Sequence record: DRR378314_1513
Strand: one strand, 5' to 3'
Length of the DNA stretch: 64,000 bases
The notes below the pieces were generated by a model. It was not told the origin of the DNA. It ran no database searches and saw nothing but the letters and a program-made list of their open reading frames with translations. Position 1 is the stretch's first letter, and each line of letters opens with the position of its first letter. The position numbers and the translations under genes were made by a program. Positions 9,685-19,858 of this stretch are shown piece after piece.

Positions 9685-10689
9685 CTAACTCAAATCGACT
9701 ACGACCTTGCCCATTGACTGCCCAGACAGCAGCCTCTCCACAGCGTCGTAGACACCTTCCAAACCCTTGAATTGCGGCTGGTCGAACTGAACTTTGATAT
9801 CGCCAGCGCTGTAGCGCTCGAACATCCAGGCGCGCGCATCATCCCAATAGTCTGTCAAAAGACCATTCATGAATCCCCGGACGGATGCGCCCTTGTAGTA
9901 AATACTGTTGGCGATCCGCGGAGCCGTCACAATTTCCGGTGCGCCTTCCAGGTCTTGCGCTGCACCACCGACCACAACACGGCCGTGATTGGCAATGTTC
10001 GCAAGAAATGCGTCAAAGATTTCTCCGCTGACCGTGTCGACAGCGACGTTTAGCTTGTCTTTGTAGAGCGTTTTCAGAACTTTCGCGACGGACTCACTGC
10101 GGTAGTCAATCACACGATCGCACCCGAGAGACTGAACGAAGTCCCCTTTCCTGCGACCGCCGCATACACCGACCACGTGACATTCATGCAGCTTGGCAAT
10201 CTGAACCAACAGATGCCCCAGCCCGCCGGCCGCTGCTGAAATCGCGACGGTTTCGCCCGTCTTCAGATCACCAATATTCTTGAGAGCCACATAGGCAGAA
10301 ACGCCTGTTGATGCCAGCACCAACCATTCCGGGCTTGTATCCGGCACTTTGACAAAGTGCTCTGCGGGGCCTGTGTTGTATTCGCGATATCCGGACGGGA
10401 AACGCGTTGTTACGACAGCATCGCCTTCCTTGAGATCTGTGACATCCGCGCCGCAAGCCTCAACAACACCAAGCGCCTCCACGCCCGTCAATGTTGGCAA
10501 GCCAATCGTCACATAATCAACGGCATTCCTGGCGATCTGCGTATCGAAGATGCCATTGATGCCACAATACAAATTCCGGACACGAACCTCACCGGGCTTT
10601 GGATCAACAAGATCCAGAGAAATAATCTCACTACCTTCACGAAAACTGTCTGCGAAGCGTTGCAGCTGAATAGCTCTATAGGACGCCAT
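9685..10689 (-). CDS. Zinc-independent MDR oxidoreductase (ZADH2/prostaglandin reductase-like enone reductase)
   Basis: GVEALGVV, SAAAGGLGHLLVQIAK, GCDRVIDYR, GQSMGKVVV. TGATG coupling to the upstream gene. Confidence 0.85.
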   Translation of the reverse strand: MASYRAIQLQRFADSFREGSEIISLDLVDPKPGEVRVRNLYCGINGIFDTQIARNAVDYVTIGLPTLTGVEALGVVEACGADVTDLKEGDAVVTTRFPSGYREYNTGPAEHFVKVPDTSPEWLVLASTGVSAYVALKNIGDLKTGETVAISAAAGGLGHLLVQIAKLHECHVVGVCGGRRKGDFVQSLGCDRVIDYRSESVAKVLKTLYKDKLNVAVDTVSGEIFDAFLANIANHGRVVVGGAAQDLEGAPEIVTAPRIANSIYYKGASVRGFMNGLLTDYWDDARAWMFERYSAGDIKVQFDQPQFKGLEGVYDAVERLLSGQSMGKVVVDLS

Positions 10690-12311
10690 CAGGACTCTCC
10701 TCGAACAGGCAGTCCAAGCACGCCTCTGTTCAATCTGCCGTCAGGATCCATTACGGATTTCACTGCATCAAGCAGCCGACGTGAGCCTTCATCCCGGCTT
10801 TCGATATAGGGGTATGTGCGTCCGATCTGCAGGTGGCCACATCCATACCGCTTGAAGATGTCTATCACGCCAGTTCTCAACGCCGTGACAAACTCGGTAG
10901 CCTCGGGGTTTGGAGGCCGCTGGGTAAGGCGCGCAACGTGTGACGCCTCCATGGCGCCTTCGTGAATTTCCCGCCAACCGTGCGGCCAGAAATACACCGG
11001 CTCGATAATCAGGCCATTGGTAGACAGAGATGTGAACAGGAAGCCTGTATGCACATCGAATGAGTCCATCTTTTCTTTCTGGCTGTCATAGAAGGCCATG
11101 ATCTCGTCGAAGATCTTTGGCGCATTCTTCAGTGAACAGACACCATGAATTGGAATCCAGGCCTCGCCCGTTGGACCAACCATGCTGTTCAGCGCTGGAA
11201 ACGGCATAGACCGGATGATCTTTGCAATCGAGTTTTCTATTTCTTTCCCGCCGAACTCGGACGCGATCCGACGTGCTTCCTCCATGTCGTGCTTGACTGC
11301 TGCAGCGGAGCGTCCTTCGCAAATGACATGAAGCGGGTAATCATCGGGCTCCACGATGTTGCGTCCACTCAACGCAATTTTCGACGCAGCCATCACCCCT
11401 TTAATCAGGTTCTTTTCCTTGGTGACGACCGAACCTAGCGTTTTCACGTCTGCAGTCAGGCTTGCGCGCTTGAGTCGGACTTTCGTCAACCCAGGGTCAA
11501 ACGCACACAACTCACATGCAACACCCGAGCGCGACAGTTCGGCCATTGCCTTGAGCAGATCGGAACCGGACGGGAAGGAAAACGATGCGTGGTCCTCATG
11601 CGCCGGCGCGGTCATGAGGCGCATCGTGACCTCCGCCTTCACGCCCATCACGCCACAATCTCCACAGAACAACCCGGTGAGATCAGGTCCGAAGTGACGG
11701 TAGAATGGCTGATTGCCATCGACGCCTCTCGCACCAGTCTTGATGATGGTGCCATCAGCGCCCACGACCGTCATGGCGACAACGCTTTCGCTCGATGTCC
11801 CATGGCGCGCTGCACCAAACATCGCATTGAGCTGCGATACGCCGCCACCAATAGTCGACTTCAGACCCGACATCGGGCCCCAAAAAGGCGTTCTCAGCCC
11901 TTCCTTCGCCAGGGCGTCATTGAGATCCTTCCAAGTCGCACCAGCCTCGACAGTCACCGTCATGTCTTCACGGCTGACTTCCAGGATGCGGTTCATCCGC
12001 GACATGTCGAGCGAGATGGTGCCCGCCTCAGACGGAAGAAAACCTCCAGTATAGCTCATGCCGCTGCCCCGTGGGGCGATCAGGGCTTGGGCTTCATGAG
12101 CAGCAGTCATGACTTTCTGCAATTCTTCAGTCGACCCCGGCGTGACGACCAGGTCCACAAGCTCGGGGGGGGGCGACCAGATATCCTGACTGAACAGACG
12201 TCGGGTTTCCTCGTCAGATTTCACATTCTCCGCGCCAACAATTTGAACGAGCTCTGCGAGCAGTTCGGCTTGGATTGTAGAAGTTGTCGGAGCAATTGTA
12301 CTGTCTGGCAT
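10689..12311 (-). CDS. FAD-binding oxidoreductase (VAO/GlcD/D-lactate dehydrogenase family)
   Basis: VVTPGSTEEL, PRGSGMSYTGG, LDMSRMNRILEV, TVEAGATW, STIGGG, GPDLTGLFCG-CGVMGV, KSVMDPDGRLN. Confidence 0.87.
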   Translation of the reverse strand: MPDSTIAPTTSTIQAELLAELVQIVGAENVKSDEETRRLFSQDIWSPPPELVDLVVTPGSTEELQKVMTAAHEAQALIAPRGSGMSYTGGFLPSEAGTISLDMSRMNRILEVSREDMTVTVEAGATWKDLNDALAKEGLRTPFWGPMSGLKSTIGGGVSQLNAMFGAARHGTSSESVVAMTVVGADGTIIKTGARGVDGNQPFYRHFGPDLTGLFCGDCGVMGVKAEVTMRLMTAPAHEDHASFSFPSGSDLLKAMAELSRSGVACELCAFDPGLTKVRLKRASLTADVKTLGSVVTKEKNLIKGVMAASKIALSGRNIVEPDDYPLHVICEGRSAAAVKHDMEEARRIASEFGGKEIENSIAKIIRSMPFPALNSMVGPTGEAWIPIHGVCSLKNAPKIFDEIMAFYDSQKEKMDSFDVHTGFLFTSLSTNGLIIEPVYFWPHGWREIHEGAMEASHVARLTQRPPNPEATEFVTALRTGVIDIFKRYGCGHLQIGRTYPYIESRDEGSRRLLDAVKSVMDPDGRLNRGVLGLPVRGES

Positions 12312-12411
12312 GAGGGCACCCTTGTTTTCGCTCAGCGAACCAAGCTTATTTGTATTACTCTTATGACATATGAAAAGCGGCGCGCAAGAGCTGATGCGAG
12401 CTTCACCGATG

Positions 12412-13797
12412 TCAGCCTGATTTCTGCGCAACTTTGGCTGCGTTTTGGCCAGCCACACAGCCGAGCGTTACGGCGGTCGTCAGGCCCATAGCGGGGAGAT
12501 ATCCCCAGGACGAGGATCCAGATACCGAGCGCGCAGACCCGCCGCCCGCAAACATGTTGGAAAATACGTCGCCGTCCCTGCGAATTACACGGGCATGATC
12601 ATCAATCTCGAGACCACCTTGCGTGTGATACAGCGCCCCGGTGACCCGAATGTAGTACAATCCACCGTGCGGCGCCTGCAAACCTGCCCATGAACGCCCG
12701 AAACGATCTTCGTCACCTGAAAGCGCCGCATTCTGAGCTTCTTCCAATGATCGCGCGACAGCATCTCCGGGTAAACCGGACATGGCCGACAATTCGTTCA
12801 CGTCCCGCACCTGACGCACTGCACCGAGCTGGATGAGTTCCTGAAAGTCGGGAATATGGGCGCATTTCTGATGGATATTCTCATCAATAACAACCCATCC
12901 GAACCCATCCGGTTGCTCAGACAGGGGAAGCACCATCCCGGCAATATCCTTGGACTCGTCTGCAAAGCGTTCGCCGTTCGCGTTGAGAATTATGCCGCCT
13001 TCGATAAGCACGTTTGGCGGAGTCGAAATACCACAAGGGTCCGCGAGCATCGCGTATCCCTGATAGCTGCCCATGTCGCCGAGCGCCGCCCCGACCTTCT
13101 CGCCGAGGAAAATAGCGTCGCCTTCGCTGCCTTCATGTCCATTATATCGAAACGCCACAGTCTCTGGCATGAACTTGCGAGTCATCTCGTGATTGCCGCC
13201 GAACCCGCCAGCCGCGAGCACAATGGCCTCGCATCCGACGAGAGTCCTCTCTCCGTCCGCGCCTTCGATGGAGACAGCTGTAACCTTGCCGTTACCGTCC
13301 GCGATGATGTCGACCAGGCGCGTTCCGCACAGAACATCCACACCAAGATCACTCAGTCGACGGTGTAGCCATTGCACCATGTCGGTGCCGTTGTGACCGG
13401 ACCATCCGTGAATGCGCGCGCGACTGTTCCCGTAGGACGCACGGAAGCGTTCATCCAAAGTCCATGGAAAACCATGCTCATCGCAGAGCCAGTCCAGAAC
13501 TTCGCGCGACCGATCAGCCAGCAGGCGCGCGACTTTCGGGTTCGCCTCCCCGCGCGACTTTGCCATGATGTCTTCGAAGAACTGTTCAGGACTGTCGTCG
13601 ATCCCCAGCTCTTTCTGGAAACGGGTTCCGGCAGCGCAGAACAACCCTTGCGACATCCCCGTTGATCCAGAGGGAAAGGGATCCCGCTCAATGAGCAAAG
13701 GCTCGACGCCGGACGAATGCGCGGCCAATGCGGCAACGGCACCACACGCCCCTCCCCCAACAATGAGGACAGGAACGGAAAATTCGGGTTCAGCCAT
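12412..13797 (-). CDS. FAD-dependent oxidoreductase (fumarate reductase flavoprotein / TcuA / KstD superfamily)
   Basis: VLIVGGGACG, SGSTGMSQG, VLAAGGFGGN, NANGERFADE, HTQGGLEID, MFAGG. Confidence 0.85.
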   Translation of the reverse strand: MAEPEFSVPVLIVGGGACGAVAALAAHSSGVEPLLIERDPFPSGSTGMSQGLFCAAGTRFQKELGIDDSPEQFFEDIMAKSRGEANPKVARLLADRSREVLDWLCDEHGFPWTLDERFRASYGNSRARIHGWSGHNGTDMVQWLHRRLSDLGVDVLCGTRLVDIIADGNGKVTAVSIEGADGERTLVGCEAIVLAAGGFGGNHEMTRKFMPETVAFRYNGHEGSEGDAIFLGEKVGAALGDMGSYQGYAMLADPCGISTPPNVLIEGGIILNANGERFADESKDIAGMVLPLSEQPDGFGWVVIDENIHQKCAHIPDFQELIQLGAVRQVRDVNELSAMSGLPGDAVARSLEEAQNAALSGDEDRFGRSWAGLQAPHGGLYYIRVTGALYHTQGGLEIDDHARVIRRDGDVFSNMFAGGGSARSVSGSSSWGYLPAMGLTTAVTLGCVAGQNAAKVAQKSG

Positions 13798-13799
13798 GA

Positions 13800-14153
13800 T
13801 TATCGCGCGAGTTCGTCACCAAGATCTTCTGAAGCAACTTCGTCGACCTTTTCATTGCCCTCGGCGCGCTGCTGGAGAATACGTAGCACTCGCGCGATAT
13901 ATTCCTGTGTCCACAGCCCGCGCTCATCAGCGGCCTGTTTGTCTGGCGCATAGGTTTCGATTTCATCTCTCGAAAGAATGCCCTTGGATTCCAGAAGACG
14001 CTCCAGCGTATCGACGCGCTGGCGCGCAACGACCAGTTCTTGAGACACAGCCAGCGTGATGGCCAGCACAGTCTCGACATCCTCATCCAGAAACCAGGGA
14101 CGTTTACCTGCGGCTTTGGCGCCAGCGTCTTTTAGTGCTGCTTCAATACTCAT
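13800..14153 (-). CDS. Conserved-looking hypothetical protein (117 aa, coiled-coil), coupled to the methyltransferase
   Basis: TGATG overlap at 14151-14155 and 2 bp gap to the next gene. AAGKRPWF...ELVVARQRVDTLERLLE helical segment. Confidence 0.75.
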   Translation of the reverse strand: MSIEAALKDAGAKAAGKRPWFLDEDVETVLAITLAVSQELVVARQRVDTLERLLESKGILSRDEIETYAPDKQAADERGLWTQEYIARVLRILQQRAEGNEKVDEVASEDLGDELAR

Positions 14154-15370
14154 CAGGCTCTCCCGCCTATCACATGCCAGGCGGCTTTGCGCCCAAAGTC
14201 TTCGCTGTCATCTTCCGCAGCGTCCGGGAAAAGATCCTTGTCAACAACCGCAGTCACCGCGCCATGGATAATGTTGTCCCGCTCGAACCCAGCTTTGACC
14301 ATTTGGTCTTCGAGGTTCAGCTCGTGCATCCGGCTCCAGAACGGCTCATTGTTGTAGAACGCATCCCAGTCGCGCATCGTCTGCTCGAAAATGGGCATCT
14401 CGCTCGTGTACTGCGGCTGCTCGACGTGAAGTACGATGCCACCCGGTTTCAACAAACGGCGAGATTCAGCAAAGATGTTCCGCAGCGCCGTAGAAGACAG
14501 TTCGTGCAGGAACATGGTTGTCTGAATCCAGTCAAAGCTCGCATCCGGGAACCGTGAGAGATCTTCGCCGCTCGCCTGGATAAAGCGAATATTGTCGACG
14601 CCCAGCGATTTGGCCCGTGCGAGACCATACCGAAGCACTGGCGCACCAAGGTCCACGACGGTCATGTCCGCATCGGGATACGCCTGAGCGATCGGAAGAC
14701 TGCTGTGGCCGACCGTTCCGCCAATCTCTAGAATTTTCTTGGGCTTGAAGTCTGGGAGGTTCTTCTTGACCCAGTTCACGACTGCCTTGCCGCCGCCGTC
14801 GGAATACTTTCCGAGCAAGCCTGCCGTCGTGACAAAGCCCGCATGGTCGTAGTTCGCACCATTGGTGACATCACCGGGGAAATACTCGCTGTGATAGCTG
14901 CCCGGCATGCAGTGATGATCTACCCCGGAAACATACCGGGGAACTTCGATGTTCGGGTCCAATTGAAGGCGTTCGTCATTTTCGGTCAGCTCCCGAGCGA
15001 TCTCGGCAAGGGATTCCCGTTGACGGATCGCAGTCCACCGCCCTGCTTGCTGACGCTGTTCCATCGTCGCGCGACGCGCGGCAGACCAGAAGCAGAACTC
15101 CTGGTTCTCAAGCAACGCCTTGCGCGCTTCCTGCCGGTTTGCGATCTCGCGCCCGTTCTTCTTGCGAAATTCGGGCTCGACCTTCGATTCAAACGCTGCC
15201 TTCACACCCGGCACAATGCGCGTGGAAAGATGGCGGTTCATCTGCGCCAGATAATTGATGCGCTCCACTTCGTCGTGCGTGGTGTCAGGAAAAACCGCGT
15301 GACGACCGACCACGCGGTAATCTGGGGGACCATCATAGACGGGGGCGGACTTATCGGAATTCTGTTTCAC
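14153..15370 (-). CDS. Class I SAM-dependent methyltransferase with long N-terminal extension
   Basis: ILEIGGTVGHS, VVDLG, FPDASFDWI, MFLHE, RRLLKPGG. GTG start after GAGG. Confidence 0.85.
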   Translation of the reverse strand: MKQNSDKSAPVYDGPPDYRVVGRHAVFPDTTHDEVERINYLAQMNRHLSTRIVPGVKAAFESKVEPEFRKKNGREIANRQEARKALLENQEFCFWSAARRATMEQRQQAGRWTAIRQRESLAEIARELTENDERLQLDPNIEVPRYVSGVDHHCMPGSYHSEYFPGDVTNGANYDHAGFVTTAGLLGKYSDGGGKAVVNWVKKNLPDFKPKKILEIGGTVGHSSLPIAQAYPDADMTVVDLGAPVLRYGLARAKSLGVDNIRFIQASGEDLSRFPDASFDWIQTTMFLHELSSTALRNIFAESRRLLKPGGIVLHVEQPQYTSEMPIFEQTMRDWDAFYNNEPFWSRMHELNLEDQMVKAGFERDNIIHGAVTAVVDKDLFPDAAEDDSEDFGRKAAWHVIGGRA

Positions 15371-15792
15371 GAGCGGTTTCCTCAACAAAATATGATATAC
15401 CATTTATGCCAGTCTATCATATGAGTGACAAGGGCCATCAAGCGCTGACCGCATGACCTCATCAACAGGTAGAGCCGTGACACACAAGACTAGGTGTTTT
15501 CCACAATTGACGACAACGCACCTCACGCGCTCGGCAATTACCTTTGATTTTACTGAAAATTTCGTGGCGCAGCGGGCCTAACTACTCGAAAAGAGCGAAC
15601 ATAATGCCGGCCCATCATGGCGCCTGATCCCCTTAATGCATCACTCTCGCCGAAAATGGGGACGATTCGCCGATGCAAGTCGTCGCACATGAGACCGAAG
15701 TCTGATCATGATTTCCCGGCTACTGGTCGATCATTGGTCTCCAATTCGCCGAGAGAACTGACGCGAGACCGGAGCCACGATAAATGACGCGC

Positions 15793-16488
15793 CTAGAACC
15801 CAGCCTTCAACAGTAGCTCGGTCGCCAGGTAGCCAGCACGCATCGGTTCCAGAACCGCCAGACCATCTGCCTTCAAGACGGGGTACATTCCCGCCATGCA
15901 GGTGCAGCCGAGTACGATCGTGTCGGCCTCACCCTCATCAAATATCTGCTCACACTTGTCCCGGATGATCTGCATAGGCACGTATTGGCAGGCTTGAAGC
16001 TGAGTGATGATGTTGTCTTCGGACCCCACGGTTTCGAGGTCCTCATCTTCCGTCAAGAAGTGAAGCCCCTTACAGTGAGCCTCAGTGCCGGTGTCTTTCA
16101 GAACGTGTTGAAACAGGAATTTCAGCCGAGGCGGCCACAAGCTTACAACCGAGAATGAGTTGCCCAACATCAGTGCGAGATGCGTTGCCGCCTCCCCCGC
16201 CCCAACGACCGGAACCCCCACTTTGTCTCGCAGTTTTTGAAGCCCGTAGTCCCCCATCGTGTTGATGAAAACGGCATCAAACCCCTCTTCCACGGCCGCG
16301 ACACCGGCGGCGTAATAGGCCTCGGCCACGCGTGCGCGCGCGTCAGGTGTGCCTGGAAATTCGGAATTGGGAACTTGTCTCAATACAGGTTCAAATTCAG
16401 CCGATGCAACTTCGAGAATTCCGTCCGGGACAACCGTTTGATCAACATTGCTGTCGCCGGTTCCCAATACTGCGATCCTGTATCCCAT
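15793..16488 (-). CDS. Asp/Glu/hydantoin racemase family protein (Thr/Cys active-site variant)
   Basis: FDAVFINTMGDYGL, VPVVGAGEAA, TIVLGCTCM. Confidence 0.82.
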   Translation of the reverse strand: MGYRIAVLGTGDSNVDQTVVPDGILEVASAEFEPVLRQVPNSEFPGTPDARARVAEAYYAAGVAAVEEGFDAVFINTMGDYGLQKLRDKVGVPVVGAGEAATHLALMLGNSFSVVSLWPPRLKFLFQHVLKDTGTEAHCKGLHFLTEDEDLETVGSEDNIITQLQACQYVPMQIIRDKCEQIFDEGEADTIVLGCTCMAGMYPVLKADGLAVLEPMRAGYLATELLLKAGF

Positions 16489-16535
16489 AACTACTCCGTC
16501 GAACTTCGAGGCAAAATATTGTGCAGGATACAGAT

Positions 16536-17894
16536 CTAATCCAGCGCACCTGCCAGCGCTTCATGGACATCGTCCAGTTTATCAAAATTGGTCATCAAAC
16601 GTGCGAGCGCTTCTGCGCGATCGGCTTGTCCACCAAAGGTCATGCATTGTGTCGCCTTTTCCAGATGCTGCTCGCGCGTCAGCGGCCACTCTGGCGCACC
16701 GAACTGTTTGGCAACTTCTTCTCGCAACTCGCGGCCGTCATTCAGCTCAGCAATTCCGGTCGCAGGCGCGAACGCAGCCCAGTCTTGTGACCCATCCGTT
16801 TCAACATGAATTCGATCTGCCAGCTCAAGACGAATGGGGTCATTCAGGTTTTCATCACTGAAGTCTTCCAGGCTGACCTTCCCGTTCAGAAGGACATTGG
16901 CGCCGAGCCACGCGAAGCAGAGACGTGCATAATTCACGCTCATGCCGGCCTTCGGCCGTCTACCGACGAGCCGGTGAATGAGGGGCGGCGCACGATAGGT
17001 AAACCTGGACAGGCTGTCCGCAGTAAGTCCTTGCTTTTCCATGAGCGCCTGCATCGCCACAATGGCCCCATGTGCCGCGCGCCCTGTCGGAAATGGTTTC
17101 CAACTGACCTCAGCGATACGGCTGCGCTTTGGCAACTCATCCAAAACCGGTGCGAGCACTACATCGTTTTCAAACAGGGAGAGATACCCAAACGGTCCAT
17201 CTATCGAACCGTCAGGCGAAGAAAACCCTGCAACCGCCAGATCAACCGCCTCCACTGCTGAGCGTGATGCTCCCGCAACTTGCAGCGCCAGTGTCGGCTT
17301 GCCTTCCACATGGGCTTGCATTGTACCACTCGCGAAGGAAAGGGCATGTCCGAAGGCCGTTTTTGTCACCTCATGAGACAGGCCCCGCAACTTCGCCAGT
17401 CCCGCGACGGATCCAAAGATTCCCGCTGTGGCGGGCCGGAAGAATTTCAAGCTTCCCTGAACTGCCACACCCAGCGCCGCAACGATATCGACACCGACAA
17501 TCACGCTTTCAAGAAAGCGCTCGCCGGTAACGGGCCCAGACCTTCCCGCTTCGGCCAGCAACGCGGCGCCTACCGTTGCCATTGGGTGTGCGACCGCAGG
17601 TTCATGCACACAATCATATTCCTGGCAGTGAATCTGATAGGCATTTACAAATGCAGCATACGGCGCTTTTAGCCGCTGCCCCGGACGCCCAAGAACCAGA
17701 CTGGCCCCATCCTCGCCAGACCACAGGCGGGCCTGCTCAAAGACGGTATCCGCCAATCGCTCATTCTTGCCTGCGATGCCGACCGCCAAGGAGTCATGCA
17801 GGAACGTCACTGCGGATTTCCGTGCGGACGATGAAGCAGTCTCCCACTTCACCGTCATGACGTGTTCGATCAGGCGGTCGGCTGCGTCGCTCAC
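16536..17894 (-). CDS. MmgE/PrpD family protein
   Basis: AAFVNAYQIHCQEYDCVH...AHP, TAGIFGSVA, KPFPTGRAAH, GAPEWPLT. GTGA overlap with the upstream gene. Confidence 0.87.
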   Translation of the reverse strand: MSDAADRLIEHVMTVKWETASSSARKSAVTFLHDSLAVGIAGKNERLADTVFEQARLWSGEDGASLVLGRPGQRLKAPYAAFVNAYQIHCQEYDCVHEPAVAHPMATVGAALLAEAGRSGPVTGERFLESVIVGVDIVAALGVAVQGSLKFFRPATAGIFGSVAGLAKLRGLSHEVTKTAFGHALSFASGTMQAHVEGKPTLALQVAGASRSAVEAVDLAVAGFSSPDGSIDGPFGYLSLFENDVVLAPVLDELPKRSRIAEVSWKPFPTGRAAHGAIVAMQALMEKQGLTADSLSRFTYRAPPLIHRLVGRRPKAGMSVNYARLCFAWLGANVLLNGKVSLEDFSDENLNDPIRLELADRIHVETDGSQDWAAFAPATGIAELNDGRELREEVAKQFGAPEWPLTREQHLEKATQCMTFGGQADRAEALARLMTNFDKLDDVHEALAGALD

Positions 17895-18904
17895 AGCTCC
17901 ACCAGCACCTTGCCGATGTGGTTACCCTTATCGAGATACTGATACGCCTCTAGCGCGTCATCGAACCCGAATACGCGGTCGATCACTGGCTCGAACGGAT
18001 TCTGCGCAACAGCCTCCACCAGATCGCAAAGCATGTCCCTGCTCCCGGCGGCAACGCCGTGAAGTCCTAGATTCTTCCCGATGATCGTCCCGAAATTCGG
18101 AAGCCCTTCCGTCGCTGCGCCAGCAAGCGCCCCGATGATGGCGATACGCCCCAGCGGCGCAGCTGCGGCAATAGACTGGCTGAGAGTGGCCTGACCGGCC
18201 GTCTCGACGACAATGTCCGCACCGCCACCAAGCGCTTCAAACGCGGCAGCGCCCCAATCCGGCGTCGTGCGGTAGTTCACTGTAAAATCGGCGCCCAGCT
18301 TTTTTGCGGCTTCAAGCTTCTCATCGCTGGAAGACGTGATGCAAACACTCGCGCCGTTCATTTTCGCGATCTGCAATGCAGCGATGGATACGCCACCCGT
18401 GCCAAGCATCAGCACCTTATCACCTGCCTTGATATTGCCGATCTCGACCAGGGCATTCCAGGCGGTGAGACCTGCCGCAGATAGCGGCACAGCCTGATGG
18501 TCGGTCAAATTGTCCGGCACCTTGACCAGTGCTTGCGCCGGTACGGAAATGTACTCCGCAAGCCAACCATCTTCGGTCACGCCCAAATCGCGGGCGAAAG
18601 CGGCCTGGAAGAACGGGCCACGCACCCATGAAACAAAGTGCGGAGCGATAACGCGATCGCCTTCGGAAAAGCCGGTTACGCCCTCTCCACAAGACACGAC
18701 ATGCCCAAGGCCTTCCGAATTCGGCACCAGCGTTTCTCGGCGTTTCGGGCCGTATTCACCGCAAATGATGCGCATCTCGCGGTGATTGAGCGAAACGACC
18801 TTCACTTTGACAATGACTGTGCCGGGCGCTGCTGTTGGCTCCGGAATGTCGACGGCTTTGAGAGACTGCAGCCCTGACTGGTCTCCGATTTGATATGCTT
18901 TCAC
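17891..18904 (-). CDS. NAD(P)-dependent zinc-type alcohol dehydrogenase-like MDR protein
   Basis: VSLNHRE, VPNSEGLG, DGWLAEY, AGLTAWNAL, LGTGGVSIAALQIAK, TSSSDEKL, HIGKV. Confidence 0.87.
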   Translation of the reverse strand: MKAYQIGDQSGLQSLKAVDIPEPTAAPGTVIVKVKVVSLNHREMRIICGEYGPKRRETLVPNSEGLGHVVSCGEGVTGFSEGDRVIAPHFVSWVRGPFFQAAFARDLGVTEDGWLAEYISVPAQALVKVPDNLTDHQAVPLSAAGLTAWNALVEIGNIKAGDKVLMLGTGGVSIAALQIAKMNGASVCITSSSDEKLEAAKKLGADFTVNYRTTPDWGAAAFEALGGGADIVVETAGQATLSQSIAAAAPLGRIAIIGALAGAATEGLPNFGTIIGKNLGLHGVAAGSRDMLCDLVEAVAQNPFEPVIDRVFGFDDALEAYQYLDKGNHIGKVLVEL

Positions 18905-18971
18905 AATTGCCCCGCTGAGTTGGCTTGAACACATGGCCAAATGGCCAGCACCGGCTAGGTGCACAATTTAT

Positions 18972-19008
18972 TTGTTATCTAGTTATGACAATTAAATTGT
19001 TATGTCAC
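18972..19008. promoter_or_regulatory. AT-rich inverted repeats, candidate GntR/HutC operator
   Basis: TTGTTAT-N6-ATGACAA plus an adjacent TTGTTATGTCAC, upstream of the MDR-prpD-racemase unit. Confidence 0.5.
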
Positions 19009-19075
19009 GGGGTAAGAAATGAAATTCCCAGTGAGCCAATCGCCAAGCTCAATATCCATGCTTGGCTGATTAAAA

Positions 19076-19858
19076 TCAGACGTCCAACGCGGCCGCGTTC
19101 AGATCAATACGGATGTTGAACTTGTCGGCCCGGTAGTTGGCAATGGTCACAAGAAAGGGCTTTCCCTTCTTGTCGTACACAGTTCGACCGATCCTGAGCA
19201 GGGCCGATCGCGGCTCGAGCTCCAATGCCTCGGCCAGACGCGTATCAGCCAGCGTTGCACCAATCGTCTGCTCCCCCCGGTCCGCCTTGTACCCGGCATT
19301 TTCGAGGATCTTCAGGATCGGTAGCTTGGCCAGATTGATGGATGTCACCTGGTTCGAAAGCTCGCCTGGGACATAACTGACCACATGCCCCAGAGGCACA
19401 CCATCCAGGCACCGAACACGAATGGCACGCACGACCATTTCGTCTTTTGCCAGCTTCAACGTATCCGCAATCATTGGCGGTGGTGGCTCCTTGGACACTT
19501 CCATAACGTTCACGCTGGTGCCATGCCCAAGCGCCATAAGCGAATCCAGAGCTTGGTTGATTTCCCCCTCAATCGGCTTCGCGGGAGATTTGAAGACCAC
19601 GCGGGTTCCGAGACGGCGCTTGCGCTCAACGAAATTGTTCTGCGCCAGCTCGTTCAGCACGCGGCGAGCGGTGATACGCGACACTCCGAAAAGCTCGGTC
19701 ATGTCGCGCTCTGTCGGCAAAATGCTGTCGTAGGGTCTCTGACCACTCAAGATCTCGTCGCGCAGCTGGAGATAGATCTGGTGATACAGCGGGATTGGGG
19801 CATCGCGATCCACGACGGTCTTTCCTTCGTAGCTCTCGTCTACTGTCTCATCAAACAT
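19076..19858 (-). CDS. GntR family regulator, HutC subfamily (UTRA domain)
   Basis: PLYHQI, LPTERDMTELFGVSRITARRVL, RRLGTRV, then a UTRA-like C-terminus ending YRADKF. Confidence 0.92.
   Translation of the reverse strand: MFDETVDESYEGKTVVDRDAPIPLYHQIYLQLRDEILSGQRPYDSILPTERDMTELFGVSRITARRVLNELAQNNFVERKRRLGTRVVFKSPAKPIEGEINQALDSLMALGHGTSVNVMEVSKEPPPPMIADTLKLAKDEMVVRAIRVRCLDGVPLGHVVSYVPGELSNQVTSINLAKLPILKILENAGYKADRGEQTIGATLADTRLAEALELEPRSALLRIGRTVYDKKGKPFLVTIANYRADKFNIRIDLNAAALDV

Noticed and set aside
12165-12173. G9 homopolymer in the FAD oxidase gene as a phase-variation tract
   Set aside because: The frame is intact (encodes SPPP), the tract is short, and a cytoplasmic enzyme is an unlikely target. 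Read-level data would be needed.
11589-12491. 300-aa ORF antisense to the FAD-binding oxidoreductase
   Set aside because: No motifs, and fully explained as an antisense shadow.
15430-15792. ~360-bp non-coding gap as an sRNA, riboswitch or IS remnant
   Set aside because: I found no terminal inverted repeats, transposase fragment or recognisable RNA family signature. An Rfam search would be needed.
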